64,000 bases of DNA from Myxococcota bacterium (lineage in GTDB: Bacteria; Myxococcota_A; SURF-8), in assembly GCA_963674735.2 (NCBI GenBank), contig CAXXQS010000001.1, positions 2,016,001-2,080,000 on the forward strand, read 5' to 3'. The notes beneath the pieces were generated by a model, which saw only the letters and a program-made list of their open reading frames with translations, made no database searches and had not been told where the DNA came from. The position numbers and the translations under genes are program-made. How positions within the stretch are numbered: position 1 is the first letter of the stretch; each line of letters opens with the position of its first letter. Positions 1 to 10,344 of this stretch are shown here, piece after piece.

Positions 1-2351
1 TGAGCGCAATCGTCTGACAGTCGAGCTGGAGAGAGCCAAGGTCATCGCTGAAAAAGCCAGCCGAACGAAATCGGACTTTCTGTCCAACATGAGCCACGAA
101 ATACGAACACCGATGAACACAATCATCGGCATGTCGCATCTATTGCTGAAAACCGAACTGACGCCGAACCAGTGCGAGTGCCTGAAGAAGATACGCAGGT
201 CAGGCCAATATCTGCTGTGTATCATCAACGACATCCTCGACTTCTCGAAGATAGAAGCAGGAAAGTTGACTGTTGAGCAGGCCGAGTTCGATATGAAGGA
301 AGTGCTTGAAAATGTCGCCGACCAGATTGCTCCCAAAACGGCCGCAAAAGGGCTGGAATTGGTTTTCGATGTCGGCCGCGATGTGCCTTGGCAAGCTGAT
401 CGGCGATCCACTGCGCCTGGGTCAAATACTCATCAACTACGTCAATAACGCCGTCAAATTCACCGAAGCGGGCGAGATTGATGTCGTCATCCGAGTGCGC
501 GAGCAAAGCGACGAGGATGTGCTGCTCTACTGCGCCGTGAATGATACAGGTATCGGCATTTCTTCCGAGCAGCGCGGGCAATTATTCCAGTCCTTCCAAC
601 AAGCGGATGCATCGACCACGCGCAAGTACGGAGGCACCGGACTTGGGCTGGTTATTTCCAGGAAACTTGCGGAGTTGATGCACGGAGAAGTCGGGGTCGA
701 CAGCGAATTCGGCAAGGGCAGCATGTTTTGGTTCACCGCTCTTCTCGGCAAGGTTGCAGGCGCTGAGCGCCGACGGATATTGAAACCGGATATGCGCGGG
801 GGCCGAGCGCTGGTGGTCGACGACAACGAGAATGCCTGCTCCGTGATAAAGGGTCTGCTGGAAGACATGGGCTTAGTTGCCGACAAGGCAGCTTCGGGAC
901 AAGCTGCGCTCAATGCCGTTGAACGCGCCGAAGCACAGGACAAGCCCTACACTATAATTTTCCTCGACTGGCAAATACCTGGCACGGATGTCCGTGAGAC
1001 GTCTCGCCAACTGCGTACACGTCCATTCAACCACTCACCGCACATCGATATGGTCACAGCCTATGGAAATAAGGAAGCAATCAGGGATGCCGAAGAAATC
1101 AATCTGGCAGAAGTGATCATCAAGCCGGTAAGCGCTTCCATGCTGTTCAACACCGTGGTGAACGTGTTGGGGGGGGGGGTGAGTTCCGTGAGGCGGGAGA
1201 TGGGTGATGATATGTCTGTGGTGGAGAGCAAGCTCACCGTCATCAAAGGGGCTCGCATCCTGCTGGTCGAAGACAACGAACTCAATCAGGAGGTGGCTTC
1301 AGGACTGCTGCGCGGTGCCGGTTTTGCCGTCGATCTTGCCGAGAACGGAGAGATCGCTCTGGGAAAAGTCAAAGAAATGACTTACGAAATTGTGCTTATG
1401 GACATGCAGATGCCGGTAATGGACGGCATCACGGCAACTAGGGAAATCCGCAAACTGCCACAATTCGCAGCGTTACCTGTCGTTGCGATGACTGCCAACG
1501 CGACGGAACGTGACCGCCAGCGTTGTCTGGATGCTGGCATGAACGACCACATCGCCAAACCCGTCGAGCCGGACAATCTGTGGAAGGTGCTGCTGAAGTG
1601 GGTCAAGACACCACATGCGCTCGACGAAAACGCGACGATTACAAGCCAACCTGTAACCGAGGAGAAACTTCAGTCTGCAAGCGAAAACTCCGTAGAAAGA
1701 CCATCTTCTGCTGTAACCAGTGCCAAAGCCGCCGCTCAAATTCCTCCTACCGACTTGCTGGCCATAAAGAGTATCGATGCATTGAACGGCATTCACCTCT
1801 TTGGAGACAATATAGAAGCTTATCGTAAGCAGCTGGAACGTTTCCGCCAGAATTACCACAGTGCGATTGATCAGTTGCAACACATGATCGTAGCGGAAGG
1901 CATAGCAGCGGGAGAGGTCTTTTGCCATGAGTTCAAGGGAGTTTGCGGCACCATCAGTGCGAACGAACTATCTACCCTTGTTGCCGAACTGGATGTCCTG
2001 CTGAAGCAGGGAAAGATGCCCGAACCCGCACGATTCAACCACCTGCAGCGAATACTGAAACAGCTTATAAGTGAGATCGACGGACTCACAGCACCTGAGG
2101 TTGCGACGCCGATAATAAAGGTGGTGCTGGGGCGCGACGAATTGTTTTGCGGTTTGGCCAAACTGGCCATCCTACTTGAGAGCGATTTGGGCGAGGCCGA
2201 GACACTACTCGCAGAATTGCACGCAGGCGTAATCGGCGGCGACACGGAGCAAACAATGAACGAGATCGCCGCCACGGTGGATCGTTTTGCCATTGACGAT
2301 GCGCTTGCCCAGATCAGCGCATTACGTGCCCGATTGCGCGGGGAGTTATAA
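1..2351 (+). CDS. Hybrid sensor histidine kinase (HisKA-HATPase-REC-REC-HPt), 5'-truncated by the window edge, apparent +1 frameshift near 388-391
   Basis: The frame from position 2 reads [30 protein letters not shown] (H-box). After DVP the homology continues in another frame as [24 protein letters not shown], then DTGIG/GGTGLGL, two receiver domains and an HPt motif CHEFKG. Confidence 0.88.
1169..1179 (+). repeat. G11 homopolymer inside the hybrid kinase
   Basis: aacgtgtt-G11-t, read in frame as LGGGV between the two REC domains. Confidence 0.85.
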
Positions 2352-2368
2352 GAAATGGAGCTGCAACC

Positions 2369-5300
2369 ATGAAGGAAAACAGCAACGATAAACAAAGGCT
2401 CCTCATCGTGGATGACGCGAGCGAAAACCTGCATGCAATGATAAGCATTCTGGGCGATACGTATGCTGTCGCCGCCACGACTAGTGGGGAAAAGGCGCTG
2501 GAACTGGCGGCATGTACCCCTCAGCCGGAATTGATATTGCTTGATATCAAGATGCCTGGCATGGACGGCTACGAGGTATTGCGCAGGCTAAAGGTTGACC
2601 CTCTCACGGCGGGTATCCCAGTGATTATCATTACGGCTATGGTGGAGTCGGAAGATGAAGCCAAGGGGCTGAAGATGGGCGCTGCTGACTACATTGCCAA
2701 ACCGGTCAATCCCGATTGGCTCAAGTTGTGTGTACTGACCCAGATCGAATTACGCCGCTACCGCAGGAAACCGATTCCACTTGTAGAGAGCGCGGATGTC
2801 GCTCCACGAGGGAAATTCAATATTTTGGTCGTCGATGATGTGCCGGAGAATATCCATCAACTCATCAGCAATATATCCGACGAATATCGTGTCACTGCCG
2901 TTGATAATGGATCGAAGGCGCTTGAAATAGTGCTGGGGCCGACCCCACCAGACTTGGTCTTGCTGGACATCTTGATGCCGGAGATGGATGGCTATGAGAC
3001 ATGCCGCCGCATCAAGGCGACCGAAAGGGGGAATCATATTCCGGTTATCTTCCTCAGCAAGGTCGGCACGTCGGTAGAAAAAGTTCGCGGACTTTCCATT
3101 GGGGCCGCCGACTTTCTCACCAAGCCGTTCGATATTGATGAAGTTCGTGCAAGGCTCCGGACTCACCTTGAATTGAGCCAATTGAATCGACATCTTGAAC
3201 AAGCTGTCGCGCAACGAACTGCCGCGTTACGGAAAAATGAAAACCAATTGTACGAAGCCCTATATATTGCCAGGATGGGTTATTGGGAATATGATTATTC
3301 CACTGATGTTTTTCTTTTCAACGACCAGTATTATTCACTGCATAATATTACGGCTGAAGAGGCGGGTGGGTACCGGATGTCCTCTGCTGAATTTGCGAGC
3401 CGCTACGTCCATCCGGAAGACGAGCCACTTGTTGGTCAAAATGTTCAGCTTGCATTTGAATCCGACGATCCGGATTATTTTGCCATAGTTGAGACTCGAA
3501 TATTGACTGGAGATGGCAAAATTGTCTGGGTGGAGGTGCGTTTCAAAGTAGAGAAGGACTCACAGGGGCGGACAATCCGGCTTCTAGGCGTTAATCAGGA
3601 CATCACCGAACGTAAGCAATACGAGGAGAATATCAAGCACCTCAATCTCGTCTTAAATGCCATCCGAAATATAGACCAGTTAATCATCCACCAAACCGAT
3701 ACAGAGAAGCTCATTCGGGAAGTCTGCGCTTTCCTTGTGGTCAGCCGTGGTTACAATGACGCATTCATTATTCTCTTGGACGAAGCGGGAAACCCGTACA
3801 CTTTTGCCGATAGCGGTCTTTCAGATATATTTCCACTGCTCGCCGAGCAACTGAGTCAGCATATTTTACCTCACTGTCTTGCAAACACGTCGTCGAGCGA
3901 TCAAATATTCATTGTCGCCGACAAATCCACAGGTTGCGTTTCCTGTCCCATATTCACTCATGGTGAGAATAGTGATACGATTTGCTGCCGCTTGATCAGC
4001 GAAGATAGGACTTATGGGTTTCTCGTAATTACGACGAACCCGCTTGAAAATATTTTCGCCACCGAGGAGAGAACCCTTCTCGCTGATATGGCCGGAGACT
4101 TGGGTTTCGCGCTGAACAAAATCGGACTTGAAAAACGTCGTAAAGATGCAGAGAACCAAGTTCTGTCTCTCTCACGTTTCCCTTCTGAAAATCCAAATCC
4201 CATTTTGCGACTGGATAAAGACGGATGCATTTCATACGCCAATCAGGCTGCGGCACCGATTCTAAACGCCTGGAACGTCCGTTCCGGCGAGACGGCGCCG
4301 GAAAAGATCAGCGCACGGGTCCGTTCCGCCCTTCATACAGGTCATCGTGACGAGATACAGATTGATGTTGCGGATCGGGCTTTCTCGTGTAAATTCATAC
4401 CTATTCTGGGTAAAGAGTATGTGAACATTTACGGACGGGACATTACAGAACAGAGGCAAGCGGCGGCGATTATCCGTGAAAGTGAGATCCGCTATCGACG
4501 GCTTTTTGAATCAGCGAAGGACGGCATTCTTATCCTTGATACGGAAACGGGGATGATTGTCGATGTGAATCCCTTCATGATCGACCTGCTGGGATACTCC
4601 AGGCAGAGCTTCCTCGAAAAGACAATATGGGAATTGGGAATATTCGACGACATCTTCACTAATAAGGGTAATTTCTCATTATTGCAGAAAAATGAATATA
4701 TCCGCTATGAAGATTTGCCTCTGGAAACCCATGATGGGCAAACAATAGACGTTGAATTTGTCAGCAACGTATACCAGGTGGATAACCGCAAGGTGATCCA
4801 GTGCAACATCCGGGATATTTCCGAGCGCAAGCAGGCGGAGAAGGAGATACGCTTCAAAAACATCATTCTGTCCACCCAGCAGGAAGCCACCATCGATGGA
4901 ATTCTGGTGGTTGATGAAAACGGCGTAATCATTTCTTACAATCAACGGTTTGTTGAGTTGTGGAACATCCCAAGTGACCTTATTGAAACCAGATCCGACG
5001 AATCCATCCTGAAATTCGTGACGGATCAGATGATGAATCCTGATGCGTTCATGCACAGAGTACAAAGCATCTACGCGAATCGGAGTGAAATCAGCCATGA
5101 AGAAATTGTTTTGAAAGAAGACCTGATATTTGACCGCTACTCGGCTCCAATGCATGACGCGGGGGGGGCGTATTTTGGCCGCGTGTGGTATTTCCGCGAC
5201 ATCACAGAACGCCGGGCCACCGAGATGGAAATCCATGAAATGAACCACCAGTTGGAGGTGAAGAACTGGATCGCGGAGATCTGTCTCACCAAGCCGGACA

Positions 5301-6889
5301 AGGACATGTACGCCGACGTAATGGATGTTGTTCTGGGGGAACTTGAAAGTCCCTACGGCCTTTTCGGCTATCTCGACCATGAAAGTAGTCTTGTCTGCCC
5401 CTCGCTGACTCGGCAGGTGTGGGAAGAATGCAAGATGCCGGAGAAAAATATCATCTTCCCCGTCGAGTCGTGGAAAGGGCTCTGGGGAAGGGCCCTGACC
5501 GAGAAAAAGACACAGATGTCAAACGAACTGGGCAAGACGCCGGATGGGCATATCCCCATCGAACGCGTCATTGCCACGCCGGTCGTCCAACAGGGCAAAG
5601 TCATCGGACTGATGATGGTCGCCAACAAATCCGAGGATTACAACGACCGGGATATCCAGTTGTTGGAGTCAATCGCCGGGCATCTCTCGCCCATCGTGCA
5701 GGCCAGACTGAGCACGGCTCGCGAGGAATACCAGCGCATCCAGGCTGAAAATAAATTGAAGGAATATGCGGCAGACCTGGAAAACAAGGTTGCGGCACGC
5801 ACCCAGAAACTTAATGATACCTTATATGATGTTGAGAAATCGAGAGATCAGATTGACGGAATATTGAAGTCCGTAACTGATGGCCTGGTCGTGACCGATG
5901 CTTCCAACCGTGTCATCCAGATAAACCGGATGGCGGAGGAAGCCTTGGGCATCCGGTTTGAGGATGTCCAGAATAAACCGATCCAGTTCGCGATTGAAGA
6001 CGCCAGTCTGAGTGAAAAATTCACTCACACCCTGAACAAGCAGCAACCCAGCTATGAATTTGACTTCCAGGTCTCTGACCCGGAAACGAATGCCGCCCGG
6101 ATTATGCGCGGGCGAACATCGGTCGTAATGAGGAAGGACGGATTGGTAAATGGCGTCGTGACGCTGATTCAAGACGTGACCAACGAACGGGAAGTGGACC
6201 GGATGAAAACGGAGTTCATCTCCACCGCCGCGCACGAACTGCGAACGCCGCTGACCTCCATCCTGGGTTTTTCGGAAATACTGCTGACCCGCACCAATCT
6301 TGAGCCGAAGGACAAGGAGAAATACCTCACCTACATCAACAAGCAGGCCATCGGCCTGGCCAGTATCATCAACGACCTTTTGGACATCTCCCGCATCGAA
6401 TCGGGCAAGGGATTCACGCTGGATAAAAAAGAGTGCGAGGTCGAGGATTTCGTTCTTCCGCTCATTCCTCATTTCCAGAGCTTGACTGAGAAGCACACGT
6501 TCGAAGTCGATTTGAAAGACGAAGACACGAAACTTCTCGTCGACTCTGAAAAGATGGGGCAAGCCGTCCGGAACCTGCTCAGCAACTCCGTGAAATATTC
6601 ACCCAAGGGCGGGTTGATCCGCATCACCGGACGAAAGGGCGAAGCCGCCTATGAAATCTCGGTTGAGGATCAGGGCATGGGCATGACGCAGGACCAGGTC
6701 AAGCGTGTGTTCGACAAATTCTACCGTGCGGACGCTACCAGCACCGCCATCGAAGGCACGGGATTGGGCATGAGCATCGTGAAATACATCGCCGAGGCGC
6801 ATGGTGGAACCGCAAGTGTACAAAGCGAATTCGGCAAAGGCACGACGGCCCAAATCACTATTCCTCTGGGGCAAAAACGGCCAGATTAA
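2369..6889 (+). CDS. Multi-sensor histidine kinase (REC-REC-PAS/PAC-GAF-PAS x3-GAF-PAS-HisKA-HATPase)
   Basis: Two N-terminal receivers (LLDIKMPGMDG, LLDILMPEMDG), repeated PAC ends (QDITERK, RDITEQR, RDISERK), AHELRTPL H-box and EDQGMG/GTGLGM boxes. Confidence 0.93.
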   Translation: MKENSNDKQRLLIVDDASENLHAMISILGDTYAVAATTSGEKALELAACTPQPELILLDIKMPGMDGYEVLRRLKVDPLTAGIPVIIITAMVESEDEAKGLKMGAADYIAKPVNPDWLKLCVLTQIELRRYRRKPIPLVESADVAPRGKFNILVVDDVPENIHQLISNISDEYRVTAVDNGSKALEIVLGPTPPDLVLLDILMPEMDGYETCRRIKATERGNHIPVIFLSKVGTSVEKVRGLSIGAADFLTKPFDIDEVRARLRTHLELSQLNRHLEQAVAQRTAALRKNENQLYEALYIARMGYWEYDYSTDVFLFNDQYYSLHNITAEEAGGYRMSSAEFASRYVHPEDEPLVGQNVQLAFESDDPDYFAIVETRILTGDGKIVWVEVRFKVEKDSQGRTIRLLGVNQDITERKQYEENIKHLNLVLNAIRNIDQLIIHQTDTEKLIREVCAFLVVSRGYNDAFIILLDEAGNPYTFADSGLSDIFPLLAEQLSQHILPHCLANTSSSDQIFIVADKSTGCVSCPIFTHGENSDTICCRLISEDRTYGFLVITTNPLENIFATEERTLLADMAGDLGFALNKIGLEKRRKDAENQVLSLSRFPSENPNPILRLDKDGCISYANQAAAPILNAWNVRSGETAPEKISARVRSALHTGHRDEIQIDVADRAFSCKFIPILGKEYVNIYGRDITEQRQAAAIIRESEIRYRRLFESAKDGILILDTETGMIVDVNPFMIDLLGYSRQSFLEKTIWELGIFDDIFTNKGNFSLLQKNEYIRYEDLPLETHDGQTIDVEFVSNVYQVDNRKVIQCNIRDISERKQAEKEIRFKNIILSTQQEATIDGILVVDENGVIISYNQRFVELWNIPSDLIETRSDESILKFVTDQMMNPDAFMHRVQSIYANRSEISHEEIVLKEDLIFDRYSAPMHDAGGAYFGRVWYFRDITERRATEMEIHEMNHQLEVKNWIAEICLTKPDKDMYADVMDVVLGELESPYGLFGYLDHESSLVCPSLTRQVWEECKMPEKNIIFPVESWKGLWGRALTEKKTQMSNELGKTPDGHIPIERVIATPVVQQGKVIGLMMVANKSEDYNDRDIQLLESIAGHLSPIVQARLSTAREEYQRIQAENKLKEYAADLENKVAARTQKLNDTLYDVEKSRDQIDGILKSVTDGLVVTDASNRVIQINRMAEEALGIRFEDVQNKPIQFAIEDASLSEKFTHTLNKQQPSYEFDFQVSDPETNAARIMRGRTSVVMRKDGLVNGVVTLIQDVTNEREVDRMKTEFISTAAHELRTPLTSILGFSEILLTRTNLEPKDKEKYLTYINKQAIGLASIINDLLDISRIESGKGFTLDKKECEVEDFVLPLIPHFQSLTEKHTFEVDLKDEDTKLLVDSEKMGQAVRNLLSNSVKYSPKGGLIRITGRKGEAAYEISVEDQGMGMTQDQVKRVFDKFYRADATSTAIEGTGLGMSIVKYIAEAHGGTASVQSEFGKGTTAQITIPLGQKRPD

Positions 6890-6908
6890 AAGCAAAGGAC
6901 AAGGCATC

Positions 6909-7274
6909 ATGAAAACGATACTGATTGTGGATGACCAAGTGGAGGTCCGAGATCTGGTGCAGGTGACGTTGGATCTCAATGATTATCGCATTTTACAGGC
7001 CGATAACGGAGATGACGCGGTCAAGCTGGCGGAGAAGGAAATTCCCGACCTGATCATCATGGATATTATGATGCCGGGCGGCATCGACGGTCTGGAGGCG
7101 ACCCGGCAGATACGCCAGAACATGGCCTGCAACAACTGCGCCATCATCATGCTGACGGCAATGGGCCAGGATGCGGATAAGCAGGCCGGTTTGGATGCCG
7201 GGGCCGACGACTATTTTTCCAAGCCGTTCAGTCCGTTGGATCTGATTCACAAGGTGGAAGAGGTTCTGGGTTAG
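6909..7274 (+). CDS. Single-domain response regulator
   Basis: MKTILIVDD...IMDIMMPGGIDG...SKPF. ATG at 6909. Confidence 0.9.
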   Translation: MKTILIVDDQVEVRDLVQVTLDLNDYRILQADNGDDAVKLAEKEIPDLIIMDIMMPGGIDGLEATRQIRQNMACNNCAIIMLTAMGQDADKQAGLDAGADDYFSKPFSPLDLIHKVEEVLG

Positions 7275-7297
7275 CTTTTACCAAATAGGATGCTTCC

Positions 7298-8140
7298 ATG
7301 ACGAAACCGATCATACCGAATATACACACCGCTGACGATCAGAGTGATGGGTATAAGCAGCTACAGCGTTATGCTGAGGATTTGAAGCGCGTGCATCAGT
7401 CCGAAAAAGAAAAGCGCGCGCAACTGGAGCAAGCAAATAGCCAGTTAAACCAGCACGCGTCGGATTTGAACCAGATAATTTTAAAACTTCGTAAATCTGA
7501 AGAGCATTTAGAGAAATCCTATCTGGATACCATTCACCGGCTGGTTCTGGCTGCGGAATTCAAGGATGAGGACACGTCGGAACACATTGTCCGCATGAGC
7601 CGCTACAGCGCGTTACTGGCGGAAAAGATGGGCTTCGATGCAAAGCAGGTCAAGCTGTTACTGTACGCGGCGCCCATGCACGACATCGGCAAAATGGGGA
7701 TTCCGGACCATATCCTGATGAAAAAAGGGAATTTGACCGAGGAAGAGTTTGAGATCATAAAAACGCATCCGGCCATCGGTGCGAAGATATTAGCCGGATC
7801 AGACTCGGAACTGTTGCAGGCTGGCGAGCAAATCGCTTTGGCGCATCATGAAAAATGGGACGGCAGCGGCTACCCTAGCGGACTACGCGGCTCCTCGATA
7901 CCCATCTTCGGACGGATCTGTGCGCTGGCGGATGTTTTCGATGCATTGACCTCAAGAAGACCGTACAAAGAACCGTTTCCCGCTACAAAGGCGTTCGGTA
8001 TCATCCAAGAGGGCAGCGGCCAGCATTTTGATCCGGATCTGACCGCTCGTTTCCTGGAGAACGGGGCCGAAATTCTTCGAATTATGGATGAGGTCAATCC
8101 CACCATTCAAACGGAAGAAAGTAGTTTGGTAGGGAAATAA
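7298..8140 (+). CDS. HD-GYP cyclic di-GMP phosphodiesterase with N-terminal coiled coil
   Basis: MHDIGK, HHEKWDGSGYPSGL and ADVFDALTSRRPYK motifs. Confidence 0.92.
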   Translation: MTKPIIPNIHTADDQSDGYKQLQRYAEDLKRVHQSEKEKRAQLEQANSQLNQHASDLNQIILKLRKSEEHLEKSYLDTIHRLVLAAEFKDEDTSEHIVRMSRYSALLAEKMGFDAKQVKLLLYAAPMHDIGKMGIPDHILMKKGNLTEEEFEIIKTHPAIGAKILAGSDSELLQAGEQIALAHHEKWDGSGYPSGLRGSSIPIFGRICALADVFDALTSRRPYKEPFPATKAFGIIQEGSGQHFDPDLTARFLENGAEILRIMDEVNPTIQTEESSLVGK

Positions 8141-9013
8141 TTGCTACGATACTTGGGAAGTTTAAGTGTTGTCTCAAATGAGACTACCTCCACGCCGCAT
8201 ATCCTCCCAATAATATTCTTTGTAGTCATGACGATTCTGGTTTGGCTATGCAAACTGCCGAGCACCTACGAGCAGTTGGGAGATGAAGCTGCAAGTTTTG
8301 GTAGCCTGCGAACATCGGGACCATTCTCCGGCTTCAAAGATATTTGGGAATACGCACCTATAGGAAAAGTGCTATTGTTTGTTTCTACCCTTGTTCTGCT
8401 CGGATATGCAAAAACTGCGGCACTGAGCATTTTCGAGGGATACCAAGACACTATCACGATTTTCGGTAGCCAAAAACCAACTATGCTCTTAATCTCTTCC
8501 GGGTTGGCAATGAGTGTACCTTTAACAATCCTACTTCTTCCGCTGAATTATTGCATATCCATACGCCTAAACAGCCTGCTTTGTGCGCTTGCCATCGTGC
8601 TTGGCCTTTTGCTGTACGCGATTCCGACATCCGGGTGGTGGCTGCTGCTTTTTACTTTTACTGGGGTGGTCTTGATCAATACCGCATACTGTGTGTTGAT
8701 AGTTCGCTTCATCGAATACACCCTCACAGCGTCGCCCGTCGGACGCGAGGGCAGCATAGCCGCGATGGTGAGCGTGGTCTGGCTAATCTCAAGATTTTTC
8801 GATAGAGGGCTGAATACCGTACTGAAAAGCCAACAAATGGCCGACTGGACATACAACTTGGTTGTAGCCATCGAGCCGCTTGCCAGCAATGCCCACGCGC
8901 TTTGGTTGATTGTCCTCGTAGCGGTACTTCTAGGCGCGATACTACTTTTTATGTTCCGAGAATATCTATTCGGAGAAAACAGCCCGGTTAATAATAGAAA
9001 TTTAACTGACTGA
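8141..9013 (+). CDS. Multi-pass membrane protein (possibly an MFS-like fragment); start uncertain
   Basis: 290-aa ORF with about 7 hydrophobic segments and no recognised motif. Confidence 0.55.
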   Translation: MLRYLGSLSVVSNETTSTPHILPIIFFVVMTILVWLCKLPSTYEQLGDEAASFGSLRTSGPFSGFKDIWEYAPIGKVLLFVSTLVLLGYAKTAALSIFEGYQDTITIFGSQKPTMLLISSGLAMSVPLTILLLPLNYCISIRLNSLLCALAIVLGLLLYAIPTSGWWLLLFTFTGVVLINTAYCVLIVRFIEYTLTASPVGREGSIAAMVSVVWLISRFFDRGLNTVLKSQQMADWTYNLVVAIEPLASNAHALWLIVLVAVLLGAILLFMFREYLFGENSPVNNRNLTD

Positions 9014-9202
9014 ATAATTTGGTTCCCTTCCTTCTGCCTATTTATATTTCCCGTGCTGTATACGGGCTATCAAATCGCTTCTAGCCACGGAACCAGGCGT
9101 AACAGACCGGAACCAAACGGAAAAAGCAAAGTCCTCGGAATCAAAGGGAGATACGGCCAAGATCGTGTAGTTGTTAGCAAATTCCGGATTCGGTGGGAAT
9201 TA

Positions 9203-9225
9203 TTCGATTCCCCCCGTCTCCACCA
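9203..9225 (+). other. att site: 3' fragment of tmRNA (or tRNA-Ala), T-loop to CCA
   Basis: TTCGATT-CCCCC-CGTCTCC-ACCA gives a T-loop, the 3' T-stem strand and an acceptor strand compatible with a GGGGACG 5' end and a G3:U70 pair. The 5' T-stem strand is missing (upstream is AATTA), so this is a fragment and not a gene. Confidence 0.75.
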
Positions 9226-9241
9226 TTGTCTTCTTGTATTA

Positions 9242-9415
9242 TCAGACAGTTATAATTTTCCAGCCGTTTTGTGCGGCTATTGTGCGATTGCGATTCAGCA
9301 GTTGCACCGCCTCTCGTTTCACATTCGGACTGAGATGCATGTAGCGCATTGTCGTGCGAATGTCGGCATGACCCAGCAACTCTTTGATGGTCTGTGGGGT
9401 CTCACCAAGCATGCT
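9242..9415 (-). pseudogene. C-terminal remnant of a tyrosine recombinase/phage integrase
   Basis: Manual minus-strand translation gives MLGETPQTIKELLGHADIRTTMRYMHLSPNVKREAVQLL...*, containing box II LLGH and the catalytic Tyr. It ends 17 bp from the att fragment. Too short for the ORF track. Confidence 0.88.
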
Positions 9416-9424
9416 CCAAATGCG

Positions 9425-9529
9425 GCTGGATCAGCCCCGTCAACTACGGGCGGGCGTACTTGTCAGGCAAACTGGAGGTCGCCGCATGAGCCCCAACTCC
9501 TGAGTGTCCACCTTTCCAGGGGAGGATCA
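9425..9529 (+). mobile_element. 3' end remnant of an IS3-family element
   Basis: GWISPVNY...EVAA* resembles an OrfB C-terminus. It is followed by an IRR-like GTGTCCACCTTTCCAGGGGAGGATCA ending in CA. Confidence 0.5.
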
Positions 9530-10214
9530 CTCCGACGACCAGACCGAGCAGCAAGCGCTCGACCGTTTTTCTTTCATGCGTTTTTTAGGGATAGAACTTG
9601 GCGACGCCGTTCCGGACGCCCAAACCCTCTGGCTGTTTCGTGAGCGGTTGAAGGAGGTCGGTCTGGTCGAAACGATTTCCGTGTAGTTCAATGCGTTTCT
9701 TACCCAGCATGGCTTTGCGGCCCAGAAGGGTCAAATCGTGGACGCGAGTATCGTGTCCGTGCCCAAACAGCGCAAGCGTCGGGACGAGAATGAGAAGATC
9801 TAGCAAGGCGATGCCCTCGACGACTGGAGTGAAGCGAAGCGGCGGCAGAAGAATGTGGATGCGCGCTGGACGAAGAAGCGAGGCGTTACCTACTATGGTT
9901 ACAAGAATCATATTTACGTAGACGTGAAACACAAGTTCGTCCGAAACTACGCCGTGACCGACGCAGCGGTTCACGACAGCCAGGTGTTTGATGAGTTGCT
10001 GGATGAATCCAACACCAGCCGTGGCGTATGGGCGGATTCCGCCTATCGTTCGGAAGAGAAAATACAGAACCTGAGGGCCAATGTTTTCCGCGAACACTTG
10101 CATCACAAGGGCTATCGCAATCGACCCTTTACGGATTGGAAGCAAAGAGGCAACTGCACGCGAGCCAGAGTGCGCAGCCGTGTTGAGCACGTATTCGGGA
10201 TTCAGGCGAGATGA
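9530..10214 (+). pseudogene. IS5-family transposase pseudogene
   Basis: DRFSFMRFLG, VPDAQTLWLFRE, GQIVDASIV, DARWTKK, YGYKNH, VHDS and WADSAY motifs. Two in-frame TAG stops (9684, 9801) and both ends are missing. Confidence 0.9.
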
Positions 10215-10302
10215 ATCGGGGTAAATGACACCGGTCTCAAAACGCATCGATAGAGGTTGCCATAATATAATCCCCGTCAAATGGCGAAGACTTTGTCAAC
10301 GG

Positions 10303-10334
10303 TCTGAACGGGGAGGTTTCCCTCCCCGTTCGGA
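10303..10334. terminator. Stem-loop downstream of the giant surface-protein gene
   Basis: TCTGAACGGGGAGG-TTTC-CCTCCCCGTTCGGA inverted repeat about 10 bp past the stop at 10345. Confidence 0.65.
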
Positions 10335-10344
10335 AAGTCCGAAA

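Noticed and set aside
9150-9225. Complete tRNA or tmRNA gene
   Set aside because: Only the T-loop-to-CCA part is present. There is no complementary 5' acceptor strand or 5' T-stem, so it is treated as an att fragment.
9053-9643. 196-aa + strand ORF
   Set aside because: It crosses the att site, the antisense of the integrase stub and IS debris, so it is spurious.
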